From NCBI GenBank assembly GCA_963665095.1, contig OY762069.1, forward strand, positions 4,608,001 to 4,672,000: 64,000 nucleotides of DNA. Reading direction: 5' to 3'. The stretch is from an uncultured Desulfobacter sp. (GTDB lineage Bacteria; Desulfobacterota; Desulfobacteria; Desulfobacterales; Desulfobacteraceae). Shown here one piece after another: positions 52,560 through 62,152 of this stretch. The notes below the pieces were generated by a model, which was not told the origin of the DNA, searched no databases, and saw only the letters and a program-made list of their open reading frames with translations. Position 1 is the first letter of the stretch. Each line of letters opens with the position of its first letter. The position numbers and the translations under genes were made by a program.

Positions 52560-53459
52560 GTGAGCATACATATAAAAAAAGACAGATCCCGGCTTATCCC
52601 TGCAGGTCTTACCTGTTTTCTGATCCTGTTTTTTGCCGTAACAGCCGCGGCATCTGCACAAGGCCCGGCAGTCCGGGTGATCTCCTTGTCCCCCATTATT
52701 ACGGAGACAATATTTCTCCTTGGCGCCGGAGATCAGCTGACCGGGGACACCACCTATTGCAACCAGCCCCCGGAAGCGGATAAAAAGGAGAAGATCGGAT
52801 CGGTCACCCAGGTGAATGTGGAAAAGATCATCAGCCTGCGGCCGGATCTGGTGATTACCTCGGCCCTTACCCGGGAAAAACAGATCAAAATTCTCAAAGC
52901 CCAGGGCATCCGGATCATGGAGATTGCCAACCCAAAGGTCTTTGATCAGATGTGCGCCCTAACGCGAAAAATCGGTGCCGCCCTGGGAAGAACCAAGGAA
53001 GCTGAAAACATCATTAAAACAGCCACGGCCGATGTAGACAGGGTCCGGGAGCAGGTAAAGGGGTTCAGTCCCCGGCGGGTGTTTATCCAGATCGGGCTCA
53101 AACCACTGCACACAGTGAACAAAGATATGTTCATCAACGAATTTATTGTGTTGTCCAATGCCGTGAACATTGCCCAAGACCAGCCGTCAGGGGTTTTTTC
53201 CCGGGAAAAGGTGATTGAGGAGAACCCGGATGTGATCCTTGTGGCCACCATGGGCAGCAGCAAAAAAGCGGCTGTCCTTGAAAAGGAGCGATGGATGGGA
53301 TTTCCCTCCCTGAAAGCCACCCAGACCCATGAAATTCACGTGCTGGACCCCGAAGCGATCTGCAGCCCGACACCGGTGAGCTTTGCCCAGGGGCTGGAGC
53401 AGGTGGCTGTTCTGATACATCCCCAGATCAACAACACTGCCAAAGGAGTCGCCCCATGA
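52560..53459 (+). CDS. btuF: Cobalamin ABC transporter substrate-binding protein
   Basis: RVISLSP.ITE, EKIISLRPDLVI, NPDVI; riboswitch context. Confidence 0.85.
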   Translation: MSIHIKKDRSRLIPAGLTCFLILFFAVTAAASAQGPAVRVISLSPIITETIFLLGAGDQLTGDTTYCNQPPEADKKEKIGSVTQVNVEKIISLRPDLVITSALTREKQIKILKAQGIRIMEIANPKVFDQMCALTRKIGAALGRTKEAENIIKTATADVDRVREQVKGFSPRRVFIQIGLKPLHTVNKDMFINEFIVLSNAVNIAQDQPSGVFSREKVIEENPDVILVATMGSSKKAAVLEKERWMGFPSLKATQTHEIHVLDPEAICSPTPVSFAQGLEQVAVLIHPQINNTAKGVAP

Positions 53460-54463
53460 CCCCTAGTGTTCGGTCCTGGGGCCTGCTCTCTTTGTTCCTT
53501 CTGGCCCTGCTGTTGTTGTCGGCCGGGCTTTCCATGTCCGTGGGCAGTGCGGACATCGGGGTGTTCGACATTCCGGGCATCCTGCTGGCAGGCCCCGGCT
53601 CTGCCGAATACGGGATCTTAACGGGCATCCGCCTGCCGCGCACCCTTTTAGGCCTTGCCATGGGCGGGGCTTTAAGCCTTGCCGGCACACTTCTCCAGGG
53701 CATGTTTAAAAACCCCCTGGTGGAGCCCTATACCCTGGGCATTTCCGGGGGCGCTTCTTTAGGGATCTGCGTTAATATTTTGTTCAAGCTCTATGCCCAT
53801 ATCGGTATCATTGCCTATCCCCTGTCAGGGTTCGTAGGTGCAAGTCTTGTGATTTTTCTGGTCTACGGCCTGAACCGGCAGACCCGGCACATCCGGTCCA
53901 ACCGCATGCTGCTCACCGGCGTCATGATATCTTATGTGGCCTCTTCCCTTGTAATGCTGCTCATGGCCCTGGTAAGCTCGGATGACCTCCAGTCCATTGT
54001 ACTCTGGATCATGGGCTCTTTAGACGAACCGGATATGAACCTGATCCAGCTTGCCCTGATAGGTTCCGTACTCGGGCTGTTTTTCTCCTACTTCTTCTGC
54101 CTGGATCTCAACGGCCTGGCCCTGGGCGAGGAGGAAGCCGCAGGCCTTGGGATCAACACATCCAGGGCCAAAAAAGGCATTTTCTTTATTGCCTCGTTTT
54201 TAACAGGTCTTTCCGTATCCGTTGCCGGGGTCATCATGTTTGTGGGGCTGATTGTTCCCCATTTCATGCGCATGGTCACAGGACCGGATCATCGCATTCT
54301 GCTGCTCTCCTCCTATCTGGCCGGAGCCGTGTTTCTGATTCTATGTGATGTACTTGCCCGTACGGTGATTGCCCCTTTAGAGCTGCCCGTGGGCGTTATC
54401 ACCGGCATCATCGGCGGCGTGGTCTTTATCTGGGCGCTTTCCAGGAAAAAGGGGGAAATATGA
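53456..54463 (+). CDS. btuC: Cobalamin ABC transporter permease (FecCD family)
   Basis: RLPR, NPLVEPYTLGISGGA, LGEEEA..LG, FVGLIVPH. Confidence 0.88.
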   Translation: MTPSVRSWGLLSLFLLALLLLSAGLSMSVGSADIGVFDIPGILLAGPGSAEYGILTGIRLPRTLLGLAMGGALSLAGTLLQGMFKNPLVEPYTLGISGGASLGICVNILFKLYAHIGIIAYPLSGFVGASLVIFLVYGLNRQTRHIRSNRMLLTGVMISYVASSLVMLLMALVSSDDLQSIVLWIMGSLDEPDMNLIQLALIGSVLGLFFSYFFCLDLNGLALGEEEAAGLGINTSRAKKGIFFIASFLTGLSVSVAGVIMFVGLIVPHFMRMVTGPDHRILLLSSYLAGAVFLILCDVLARTVIAPLELPVGVITGIIGGVVFIWALSRKKGEI

Positions 54464-55296
54464 CAGATACGCCTCTGCTGGAGGTCCGGGATGTCAGCCT
54501 GGCCTTTGGAGACCACAATATTCTTACCCACATCAGCTTTAACGTGCTGCCGGGCCAGATTGTTTCCGTTATCGGCCCCAACGGCACCGGCAAAACCAGT
54601 ATGGTCCGGGCCGTAAACGGCAACCTGGCCCTGGCCCAGGGAAAAATCCTGCTGGCAGGAGAGGACATAAAAACCATGTCCGGCAGCACCATGGCCCGGC
54701 AGATGGCCGTGGTCCGCCAGAATCTGGACACCCTGCCCATGCAGGTCCAGGCCTATGTCATGCTGGGACGCCTTCCCTTTTTTAAACCCATGCAATTTTT
54801 TGAAACCCGGGAGGATAAGGCCCTGGCAGAAAACTACATGGAGGTGACCGCCATTCAGCACCTGGCAGAAAAGGCCATGGACCAGATCTCCGGCGGAGAA
54901 CGACAGCTGGCGGCCCTTGCCAGGGCGCTGACCCAACAGCCAAAATTCCTGGTACTGGACGAACCCACAGCCCATCTGGACATCACCCACCAGGCCAAAA
55001 TTCTGAACCTTATTTCCAGCCTGCGAAATCAGCTGAATCTCACAGTTCTCATGGTCATCCATGACCTGAACCTGGCTTCTGAGTATTCTGACCAGCTGGT
55101 ACTCTTAAACAAGGACAACGGCAGTATCCACGCCATGGGCACCCCGGACCAGGTACTGACCCGGGAAAATATTGAGGCCGTATACCACACCCGGGTCCGG
55201 GTGGAAAAAAATCCTGAATCGGGGAAACCCTGCGTGTTTCTCAACAAAGCCGGAAATGGCAGTGTGGCTGAATCTTCTCTACAATGTCAAAAATAA
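54460..55296 (+). CDS. btuD: Cobalamin ABC transporter ATPase
   Basis: GPNGTGKT, ISGGERQ, LDEPT, HDLNLA. Confidence 0.88.
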   Translation: MTDTPLLEVRDVSLAFGDHNILTHISFNVLPGQIVSVIGPNGTGKTSMVRAVNGNLALAQGKILLAGEDIKTMSGSTMARQMAVVRQNLDTLPMQVQAYVMLGRLPFFKPMQFFETREDKALAENYMEVTAIQHLAEKAMDQISGGERQLAALARALTQQPKFLVLDEPTAHLDITHQAKILNLISSLRNQLNLTVLMVIHDLNLASEYSDQLVLLNKDNGSIHAMGTPDQVLTRENIEAVYHTRVRVEKNPESGKPCVFLNKAGNGSVAESSLQCQK

Positions 55297-55434
55297 ATAA
55301 TAATCATTTGGGCTCCTGTTCGTTTTAAAAAAATGTTAAGTATAAGAGGTCTAAGCTGTCGCTTGTCCTGTGCATGTCTTTAAAAATCGTATAGTATATC
55401 CATGATAATCCACGAAAACATGGAGGGCCTGACC

Positions 55435-57084
55435 GTGATACATGACCTTGCTGGAAAGCCTGCACATGACAACGTGCTGGCCAATATTCCGAGACTGGTG
55501 TCCGCTTATTACACCATTATTCCTGACGCTGCAGATCCCTGTCAGCAAATAGCCTTCGGCACTTCCGGGCACCGGGGTTCCTCCCTGAAGGCGAGCTTCA
55601 ACGAAAACCATATTCTGTCCGTCACCCAGGCGGTATGCGACTATCGGAAGGGCCAGAAAATTACGGGGCCGGTTTTCATGGGAATGGACACCCACGCGCT
55701 CTCCGAACCGGCTTTTGCAAGTGCCCTTGAGGTGCTGGCCGCCAATGGGGTGACGGTGATGGTCCAGGAGGGGCTCGGGTATACACCGACTCCGGTGATC
55801 TCCCATGCGATCCTTTCCCATAACCGGGGCCGGACCCAGGGACTTGCCGACGGCATCGTGATCACCCCCTCCCATAATCCTCCCGAAGACGGCGGTTTTA
55901 AGTACAATCCACCCCATGGGGGACCTGCGGATCAGAAAACCACCCAAGCCATCGAGGTCCGGGCCAACGAGATATTGGAAAACGATCTAAAGGACGTCCG
56001 GCGGCTCTCATATTCAAAAGCCCTGAAAGCCCCCGGCACCTGCTATCATGATTACATCGGGCCTTATGTGGCGGATCTTGGAAATATTCTTGATATGGAG
56101 GCCATCAGGACGTCGGGGCTCAGGATCGGCGTGGATCCACTGGGTGGAGCGGCTGTGGCGTTCTGGGATCCCATCGCCGATACCTACGGGATCTCCTTGG
56201 ATGTGGTGAGCCACCGGGTGGACCCCGCATTCTCCTTTATGACCCTGGACAAGGATGGCAAAATTCGGATGGACTGCTCCTCGCCCTGGGCCATGGCCCG
56301 GCTTATCGAGATGAAAAACCGTTTTGATGTGGCCTTCGGCAACGATACAGACACGGATCGCCACGGCATCGTAACCCCCAGCGCGGGGCTTCTCAATCCC
56401 AACCATTTCCTGGCAGCAGCCATCTGGTATCTCTTCCGGAACCGGCCGGGCTGGCGGAAAGATGCGGCGGTGGGAAAAACCCTGGTCTCCAGCGCCATGA
56501 TTGATCGAGTAGCTTGTGCCCTGGGACGTAATCTTTGCGAAGTCCCGGTGGGATTCAAATGGTTCGTGGACGGGCTTATTTCGGGCGACTACGGATTCGG
56601 GGGCGAGGAGAGTGCCGGCGCCAGTTTTCTTAGAAGTGACGGCAGTGTATGGTGCACCGACAAGGACGGTATTATAATGGGGTTTCTGGCCTGCGAGATG
56701 ACGGCCCGGACAGGGAATGATCCCGCTCAGATTTACCAGGAACTTACCGACAGGTTCGGTGCGCCGGTGTACGAACGGATGGATGCGCCGGCCAGCCGGG
56801 AGCAGAAAGCGGTGCTCAAGGCCCTTTCGCCCCAGTCTGTTACGGCCGAAGTCCTGGGTGGGGAACCCATCCTGGCCAAATTGACCCATGCCCCGGGAAA
56901 CGGTGCGCCCATCGGCGGACTGAAGGTGGTGACGAAAAACGGCTGGTTTGCAGCCAGGCCGTCGGGAACTGAAGATATTTATAAAATTTATGCCGAAAGC
57001 TTTCTGGGAAAGGACCATCTTAATCAGATCCAGGACGAAGCCCAGGGGATCGTGGGGACGGCGTTTTCTGCGGCGATGGGTTAA
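55435..57084 (+). CDS. pgm: Phosphoglucomutase (alpha-D-glucose-1,6-bisphosphate-dependent)
   Basis: [35 protein letters not shown] start behind GGAGG. Confidence 0.95.
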   Translation: MIHDLAGKPAHDNVLANIPRLVSAYYTIIPDAADPCQQIAFGTSGHRGSSLKASFNENHILSVTQAVCDYRKGQKITGPVFMGMDTHALSEPAFASALEVLAANGVTVMVQEGLGYTPTPVISHAILSHNRGRTQGLADGIVITPSHNPPEDGGFKYNPPHGGPADQKTTQAIEVRANEILENDLKDVRRLSYSKALKAPGTCYHDYIGPYVADLGNILDMEAIRTSGLRIGVDPLGGAAVAFWDPIADTYGISLDVVSHRVDPAFSFMTLDKDGKIRMDCSSPWAMARLIEMKNRFDVAFGNDTDTDRHGIVTPSAGLLNPNHFLAAAIWYLFRNRPGWRKDAAVGKTLVSSAMIDRVACALGRNLCEVPVGFKWFVDGLISGDYGFGGEESAGASFLRSDGSVWCTDKDGIIMGFLACEMTARTGNDPAQIYQELTDRFGAPVYERMDAPASREQKAVLKALSPQSVTAEVLGGEPILAKLTHAPGNGAPIGGLKVVTKNGWFAARPSGTEDIYKIYAESFLGKDHLNQIQDEAQGIVGTAFSAAMG

Positions 57085-57118
57085 AATCTGACCACAGAGT
57101 AAGGAATCGGTCGTTGAC

Positions 57119-57589
57119 ATGTTTTTTGGATTTTGTATAACTTTAATTGTTAATTGCAGTGACAATCGCAAACCATCAGGCAGACACTTCGCCCAGCAGA
57201 CGGCAGAAGCCACCGAGCAGATCAGTCACAAGCTTACCGGTGTGACCTCAAATACCGCCGATGCGGTCAAGGCTATAGAAGGAATCGTGGGCGTTATCAA
57301 TGACATCCACGAAATGACGGAAGCCGTGGCATCATCCATTGAAGAGCAGTCCGAGACAACCCGGGATGTGTCCCGCAACATCAACCAGGTCGCAGAAGCC
57401 TCTACAGAAATAAAAAACGATATTATCCAGGTGGCCGGCGCCATGGAAGAAGTGCTTGGCAATTCCGAGCGGGTGCGTGTTGATTCCGGCCAGACAATGG
57501 ACGGCAGCCGCAAACTCAGGACAAAGGCCCAGGAACTGTCCGGCCTGGCGGATTATTTAAAAATGATGGTGTCAGAATTTAAAATTTAA
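57119..57589 (+). pseudogene. C-terminal fragment of a methyl-accepting chemotaxis protein
   Basis: AQQTAEATEQI...IEEQSETTRDVSRNI..LSGLA..L..MVSEFKI; similarity starts near 57191; lacks the NAxIEAAR/GFAVVA hairpin tip. Confidence 0.75.
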
Positions 57590-58593
57590 AGACCAGCATC
57601 GTCAAAGCCTCTGCCAATTGGGTGGCATGGATCTATTGGTTCAACCTTGTAAATAGGGGCAAAGGCCTTTTCTGAGGTAATAAAAATATTTCCTGTACCA
57701 TGGTCAATCCCCAGGGCCTCGCGCTGGATCATGATCAGGGAGGGGTCCGGCAAAGAGATCTGCTGCGGCGGGGTTAAAAACGCAGCATCCCAGGTTTGGT
57801 CTTTCTTCCGGGTGTATAGATAGGCATGCTTGTAGGTCAGAATAAACAATTTTTTTCCGTCGTCGCTTATGTCCATGGCCGTGGGTTGTGACCGGTATCG
57901 TCCAAACCTTTCCCTGCGGTCTTCAGGTGTGGGCGCAGGGATGTTTTTCACCTTTGCCACAGCCCGGGCCGTATACATTTTCGTTCCTGAAGGCGTTTCC
58001 AGAGGCAGTTCATAGAGTACTGGCACGGCTTTACGTTTGCTTAAAAGAAGAATGCGCCTGTTTGCCGTGTCAACGCATACTGCCTCACAGTCCAGAGCCC
58101 CGTCCTCGTATCTAAATCGCATTTCCCATTCCAGGGCCAACCTGCCCTGATTCTGATTTGGGGTCTGATTCAAATCCGGGTCCAGGTCCGGCTCCTTTAC
58201 ACAGTAGAGTGTGCAAAAAGACCTTTGGGACCAGTTGTCCCCCACATCGGCAATGAGCAGGTAATCCTGCTTTCCCAAACGAAATCCGGAAAGGTCCTCC
58301 CAGTCGGTATTTTCCGCCCCGTCCACCATGAACTCGTTAATAATGGCACCTTTGGGAGAAATGCAAAAAACCGATGCCTGGTTGCCGCTGTCGTTGAGCA
58401 CCCACAGAACCTCTGAATTTTTCCGGGATACGGATAAGCCCGACACCTCCCTTAACCGCGGAGAGGAGATAACACCACTGCGCACCCCCTCTTTATATGG
58501 GGCCGGTTCAATAACACTTTTATACTGGGCCGGACAGATCCCGGGTGCAAACAAAATACTGAACAGTACCAGTAAAATTCTTATGTTTTTCAT
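57586..58593 (-). CDS. Exported hypothetical protein, probable beta-propeller
   Basis: Signal peptide; EVSGL, W.LNDSG, DWEDL, IADVGDN, DCEA, QREA. Confidence 0.7.
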   Translation of the reverse strand: MKNIRILLVLFSILFAPGICPAQYKSVIEPAPYKEGVRSGVISSPRLREVSGLSVSRKNSEVLWVLNDSGNQASVFCISPKGAIINEFMVDGAENTDWEDLSGFRLGKQDYLLIADVGDNWSQRSFCTLYCVKEPDLDPDLNQTPNQNQGRLALEWEMRFRYEDGALDCEAVCVDTANRRILLLSKRKAVPVLYELPLETPSGTKMYTARAVAKVKNIPAPTPEDRRERFGRYRSQPTAMDISDDGKKLFILTYKHAYLYTRKKDQTWDAAFLTPPQQISLPDPSLIMIQREALGIDHGTGNIFITSEKAFAPIYKVEPIDPCHPIGRGFDDAGL

Positions 58594-58686
58594 ACCGCTG
58601 TCTTTAATCTGCATGTTGCATAAAATAATTCGGCTCTAAAATATCCGGTTCAGGCGGGCAGTTCAAGCGTATTCCCCAGAATATTA

Positions 58687-58760
58687 TAAACGCTATCTCA
58701 AAATAAAGGTTTTGATCCAATCCGGAAGCTGGGCTAAAAATTATTTTGAGATGGCTTCTA
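58687..58760. mobile_element. 74-bp MITE-like element
   Basis: Inverted ends TAAACGCTATCTCAAAATAA / TTATTTTGAGATGGCTTCTA (17/20); right arm identical to 36049-36067. Confidence 0.6.
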
Positions 58761-58790
58761 TTTATTGATTCCATTTAATTGAATAATTCG

Positions 58791-61700
58791 TCAGCTTTTT
58801 TCCTTGAAAGCGGAGGAACGCTCTTTCAGGGAGATATCTTTTACCCGGTGCAGGCGTTTTAAGTAATACCGGTAGGAACTCAGATAAAAAGAGAGCGGTC
58901 TGGAAAAATTTCTGCCGAGGACACCGTCCACAAAGAGCCGGCTGATATGGTGCTCATGACGCAGCATATCCTGGGACTGGAAAAAGATCTCCTGTTCTTC
59001 CGGGGTCATCTCCGAAACCATATCAATGATAACGGACTGGGCACGGGGCAGGTACATCCAGAAGTAAAACAGGTCAAGGGAATTGATAATGATCAATGTG
59101 GCAAGATCCCGGACTTCGGAATTCTTATTGTCCAGCAACGTGCCTGATTTTTCAAGTATATGGAGCTCTTCAGCTTCAGGGAACAGCATTACAAGCCGTG
59201 AGTAAATCTGGAAAAGATCCTTTATTTTCCTGTGGATATTCTGTTTTCTCAATCTGGTATAGGTGGCCCGGTCCGCTGCCCCCTCAATAAAGCCGGCCAC
59301 AATGTCGGACGCCCCTTTTGAAATAATGGCGGCCCACTTCTGCAGTACCCCATTGACATCAGGAACATGGGAAACCCCTAAAATACCGCCGATGGCGCTG
59401 CTTAAGACCACGGCAACCGGTATGGATAAGATACTTCTGAAAAAATTACCGGTGACAGCGCCCCTGGGAAGCCCGCGCAGAAAATTATGGGTGGAGAGAT
59501 ATATACCGTTGGCAAGGCCCATGACAGCATAAAGGGCCACGGGATTGTTGGACATGGTGATACCCAGGCTCTCTTTTAACAGCAGCACTTTGACCAGATA
59601 ATCCAGAAGTGGCACTGAAAACCCGGTAAACAGAAGGGAATCCGCCAGCCGGTCCCAGCTGACATAGTCGTTCCATTTCAACAAAGAGGCCCGTTTGATG
59701 CCGCCGCCCCCAAGGACAGACTGCAGCACATTCCTGATGCCGGTGATACTGAACCAGATGGTTGCACCCAGCCAGGCCAGAAGCCACCAGTCTTTGGTCA
59801 TCATAAAACAAAGCTGGGCCGGAATAAATCCGAGCAGAATCTTGAGGGTATTCTTCAGCCATGTATTCAGGTATCGCCCGGGTCGCTTTTTTTCAGGCAA
59901 ATCTGATCCGACAAAGCCGTTCCGGATCTCCGAAGAGGATTTCCCCAGGGTTGCCAGATTTCCGCTGCCTGCCTTATCCAGCAGATACGGTCCGACCTTC
60001 CATTGCCGTTTTTTATCGGCCAGCAGCAATTTAATACCCGGAATCCAGGCCAGAGACCGCGGTAAATGATCCGGCAAAAACATGGTTACATTCAGATGGG
60101 TCACGATATTAACCGGCAAAATCAGTCTCTCCCGGTTGCGCCGCCGGAACCCTGACCGGACCCTGGCAGGCAGTGTATCAATCACCGCAAAGCCCATGCC
60201 GTATACCTGATGGGGCTTGCCTGTTGAGTCAGACCCGATTCTGAGCTTGATGGGGCGCAGGTCAAACATGTGTTTGAACTCGTCAATGTCGTTGAGAAGG
60301 GATGACAGGTCTTTCAAACGATCTTCCCGACCCTTTTTTTCAGCCCCGGCGATGATCTTTGATATGATCCGCTTCAGCTTCAGAATACTGCCCTGGTTAA
60401 TGGCGCGTTGAAGTTCATTGACGCAAATAATCAGGTGCGTATCCCCGGAATTGAACTTTTTGAGGTTTATCAGTTCAATCCTGGAAACCCTGCCGCAGCT
60501 TTCATACAAAAGTTCAAGAACGTCTTCAGGGTCAAGCCGGTCAAGATTCAGCGTGATGCGGTAGTCGTGGTGAAGTGTGTCAATGCGGTCAAGAAACCTA
60601 TTAAAGGGAATGGTGAGCCTGTCAGGAACCGACACACTGTTTTGTTCAGCATATTCCCGAAGGCCGCTGAAAAAGTGGTCTGCATCAAGATACTGTTTTA
60701 AAAGATCGCTCACCGTAAAACAATCGAGCTTTTCCATGACCATGAATACGTCATTGTCTGTATTGCCGGTGCGGTTTTTTTTCAGGCGGTTGATATGGAC
60801 GTTCATGGCACGGACGACTTTCGCGTGGATAAACTCACCAAGAGACTCAAGGGTGGGCTGTCCCGGTGAAACAAACGCTAAAAACTCATCCGCACGAACC
60901 TCATTCATGAAAATTTCCAGGTCCTGGTTCATGGCTTTGCGCCCGGATTGATTAAACCTTTCCAGAAGATTAAGAACAAAGTTATTCTGGAATTCCTGAA
61001 CCGCCTTTCCCTGGTCCATGAAAGCCACGATATGAGGTTCCGCCAGAAAGCACAGAAAAGACTCAAGGCTTGGCAGGCTCCTTGAGACCCAGATAAAAGA
61101 GATGTATTTATCCCTGTGAAGTGCCCAGAATTCAATCCCGATCCTCAGGTCGATTTCCATGATCTTCGCCGCTTCAATCAGTTCAAGTGCGCATCTGGGC
61201 TCAATATAATGGTAATAAATAACCCGCAGCCTGCGGATGCCCTTGATCCAGGCATCCATAATCAGGTGGGTGGGACTTTTCCTGCCCGAGGTGTTGGCAT
61301 CATGGACATGATCGTCAAATGTGATCTGGTTCCACTCCTCGGGCATTTCAAGAAGGTGATACTGATTGAGCAGATTCCGGATGTTCCTGGGCTTTCCAAA
61401 CGCGGCGATCCGGAAGTCATGGGCAAGCCGCAGCTGGCGTACCGGATCTCCTTTAGCCCGAACCAGATCCTTCATAATCTGCAACAACACCCTTGCCGTA
61501 TTTTTTGGCATGGGCCCGCCCACCGTATCCACGATATCATCCTTAAGTCCGGCCAGGGCCTTAAGCCGGCTGGCAATGCCGCCGTGCTCAATGGACTCCA
61601 TCAGATTAACAATAGAATAGGCCGTACGAAGGCCCCTGGATTCGGCAAGTTCCTTTATTCCCAGGGGATGAAAAAAAGGGTAAAGCAGCTTTCCGGTATA

Positions 61701-61796
61701 TTCCAGTGAATTAGGCTCATTGTAAACGGACGTGACGATCTCGATCAACTTATAATCGCGTTTATCAAAAAAAACCGAATCCATCGCCCGTGCCAT
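58791..61796 (-). CDS. Large hypothetical membrane protein with a divergent PHP-like domain
   Basis: About 1000-codon ORF; DDHVHD..SG.KSP, RIGIEF, RIGSDS; C-terminal hydrophobic helices; start uncertain. Confidence 0.7.
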   Translation of the reverse strand: MARAMDSVFFDKRDYKLIEIVTSVYNEPNSLEYTGKLLYPFFHPLGIKELAESRGLRTAYSIVNLMESIEHGGIASRLKALAGLKDDIVDTVGGPMPKNTARVLLQIMKDLVRAKGDPVRQLRLAHDFRIAAFGKPRNIRNLLNQYHLLEMPEEWNQITFDDHVHDANTSGRKSPTHLIMDAWIKGIRRLRVIYYHYIEPRCALELIEAAKIMEIDLRIGIEFWALHRDKYISFIWVSRSLPSLESFLCFLAEPHIVAFMDQGKAVQEFQNNFVLNLLERFNQSGRKAMNQDLEIFMNEVRADEFLAFVSPGQPTLESLGEFIHAKVVRAMNVHINRLKKNRTGNTDNDVFMVMEKLDCFTVSDLLKQYLDADHFFSGLREYAEQNSVSVPDRLTIPFNRFLDRIDTLHHDYRITLNLDRLDPEDVLELLYESCGRVSRIELINLKKFNSGDTHLIICVNELQRAINQGSILKLKRIISKIIAGAEKKGREDRLKDLSSLLNDIDEFKHMFDLRPIKLRIGSDSTGKPHQVYGMGFAVIDTLPARVRSGFRRRNRERLILPVNIVTHLNVTMFLPDHLPRSLAWIPGIKLLLADKKRQWKVGPYLLDKAGSGNLATLGKSSSEIRNGFVGSDLPEKKRPGRYLNTWLKNTLKILLGFIPAQLCFMMTKDWWLLAWLGATIWFSITGIRNVLQSVLGGGGIKRASLLKWNDYVSWDRLADSLLFTGFSVPLLDYLVKVLLLKESLGITMSNNPVALYAVMGLANGIYLSTHNFLRGLPRGAVTGNFFRSILSIPVAVVLSSAIGGILGVSHVPDVNGVLQKWAAIISKGASDIVAGFIEGAADRATYTRLRKQNIHRKIKDLFQIYSRLVMLFPEAEELHILEKSGTLLDNKNSEVRDLATLIIINSLDLFYFWMYLPRAQSVIIDMVSEMTPEEQEIFFQSQDMLRHEHHISRLFVDGVLGRNFSRPLSFYLSSYRYYLKRLHRVKDISLKERSSAFKEKS

Positions 61797-62152
61797 GAAC
61801 CTGCCCGCCTCCTTCAATTATGAGAGAACCAACCGCAAATTAAAGAAAAAGCAATAACCGCACCACCAGGGGGTATATTTTCCTGAAACCCCTGTGGCCA
61901 GGGATTATAGATCTGTTTTGAGTTATACAGTACCTGGATGAAGTGACAAATTATTTTACCAGGTGTAAAAATTTCAGAACAGGCCGGGGATTATTCCCCA
62001 TGCTCTTTTCCAAAAAATTCTAAGTTTCACCTCCCGATCCCCCCTCAGTAATTAGGAGCACTTCCAGGCATGAGAAGATTATGCTATACGCTATATGACC
62101 CTATTGAAATTCCCTTAGACGGTAAAATATATAGTCAGCAGAAGGAGTATCC

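Noticed and set aside
56014..57213. Long antisense ORFs (also 51121-52197, 32163-33017, 43695-44516)
   Set aside because: Shadows of well-supported genes on the opposite strand, with no recognisable motifs.
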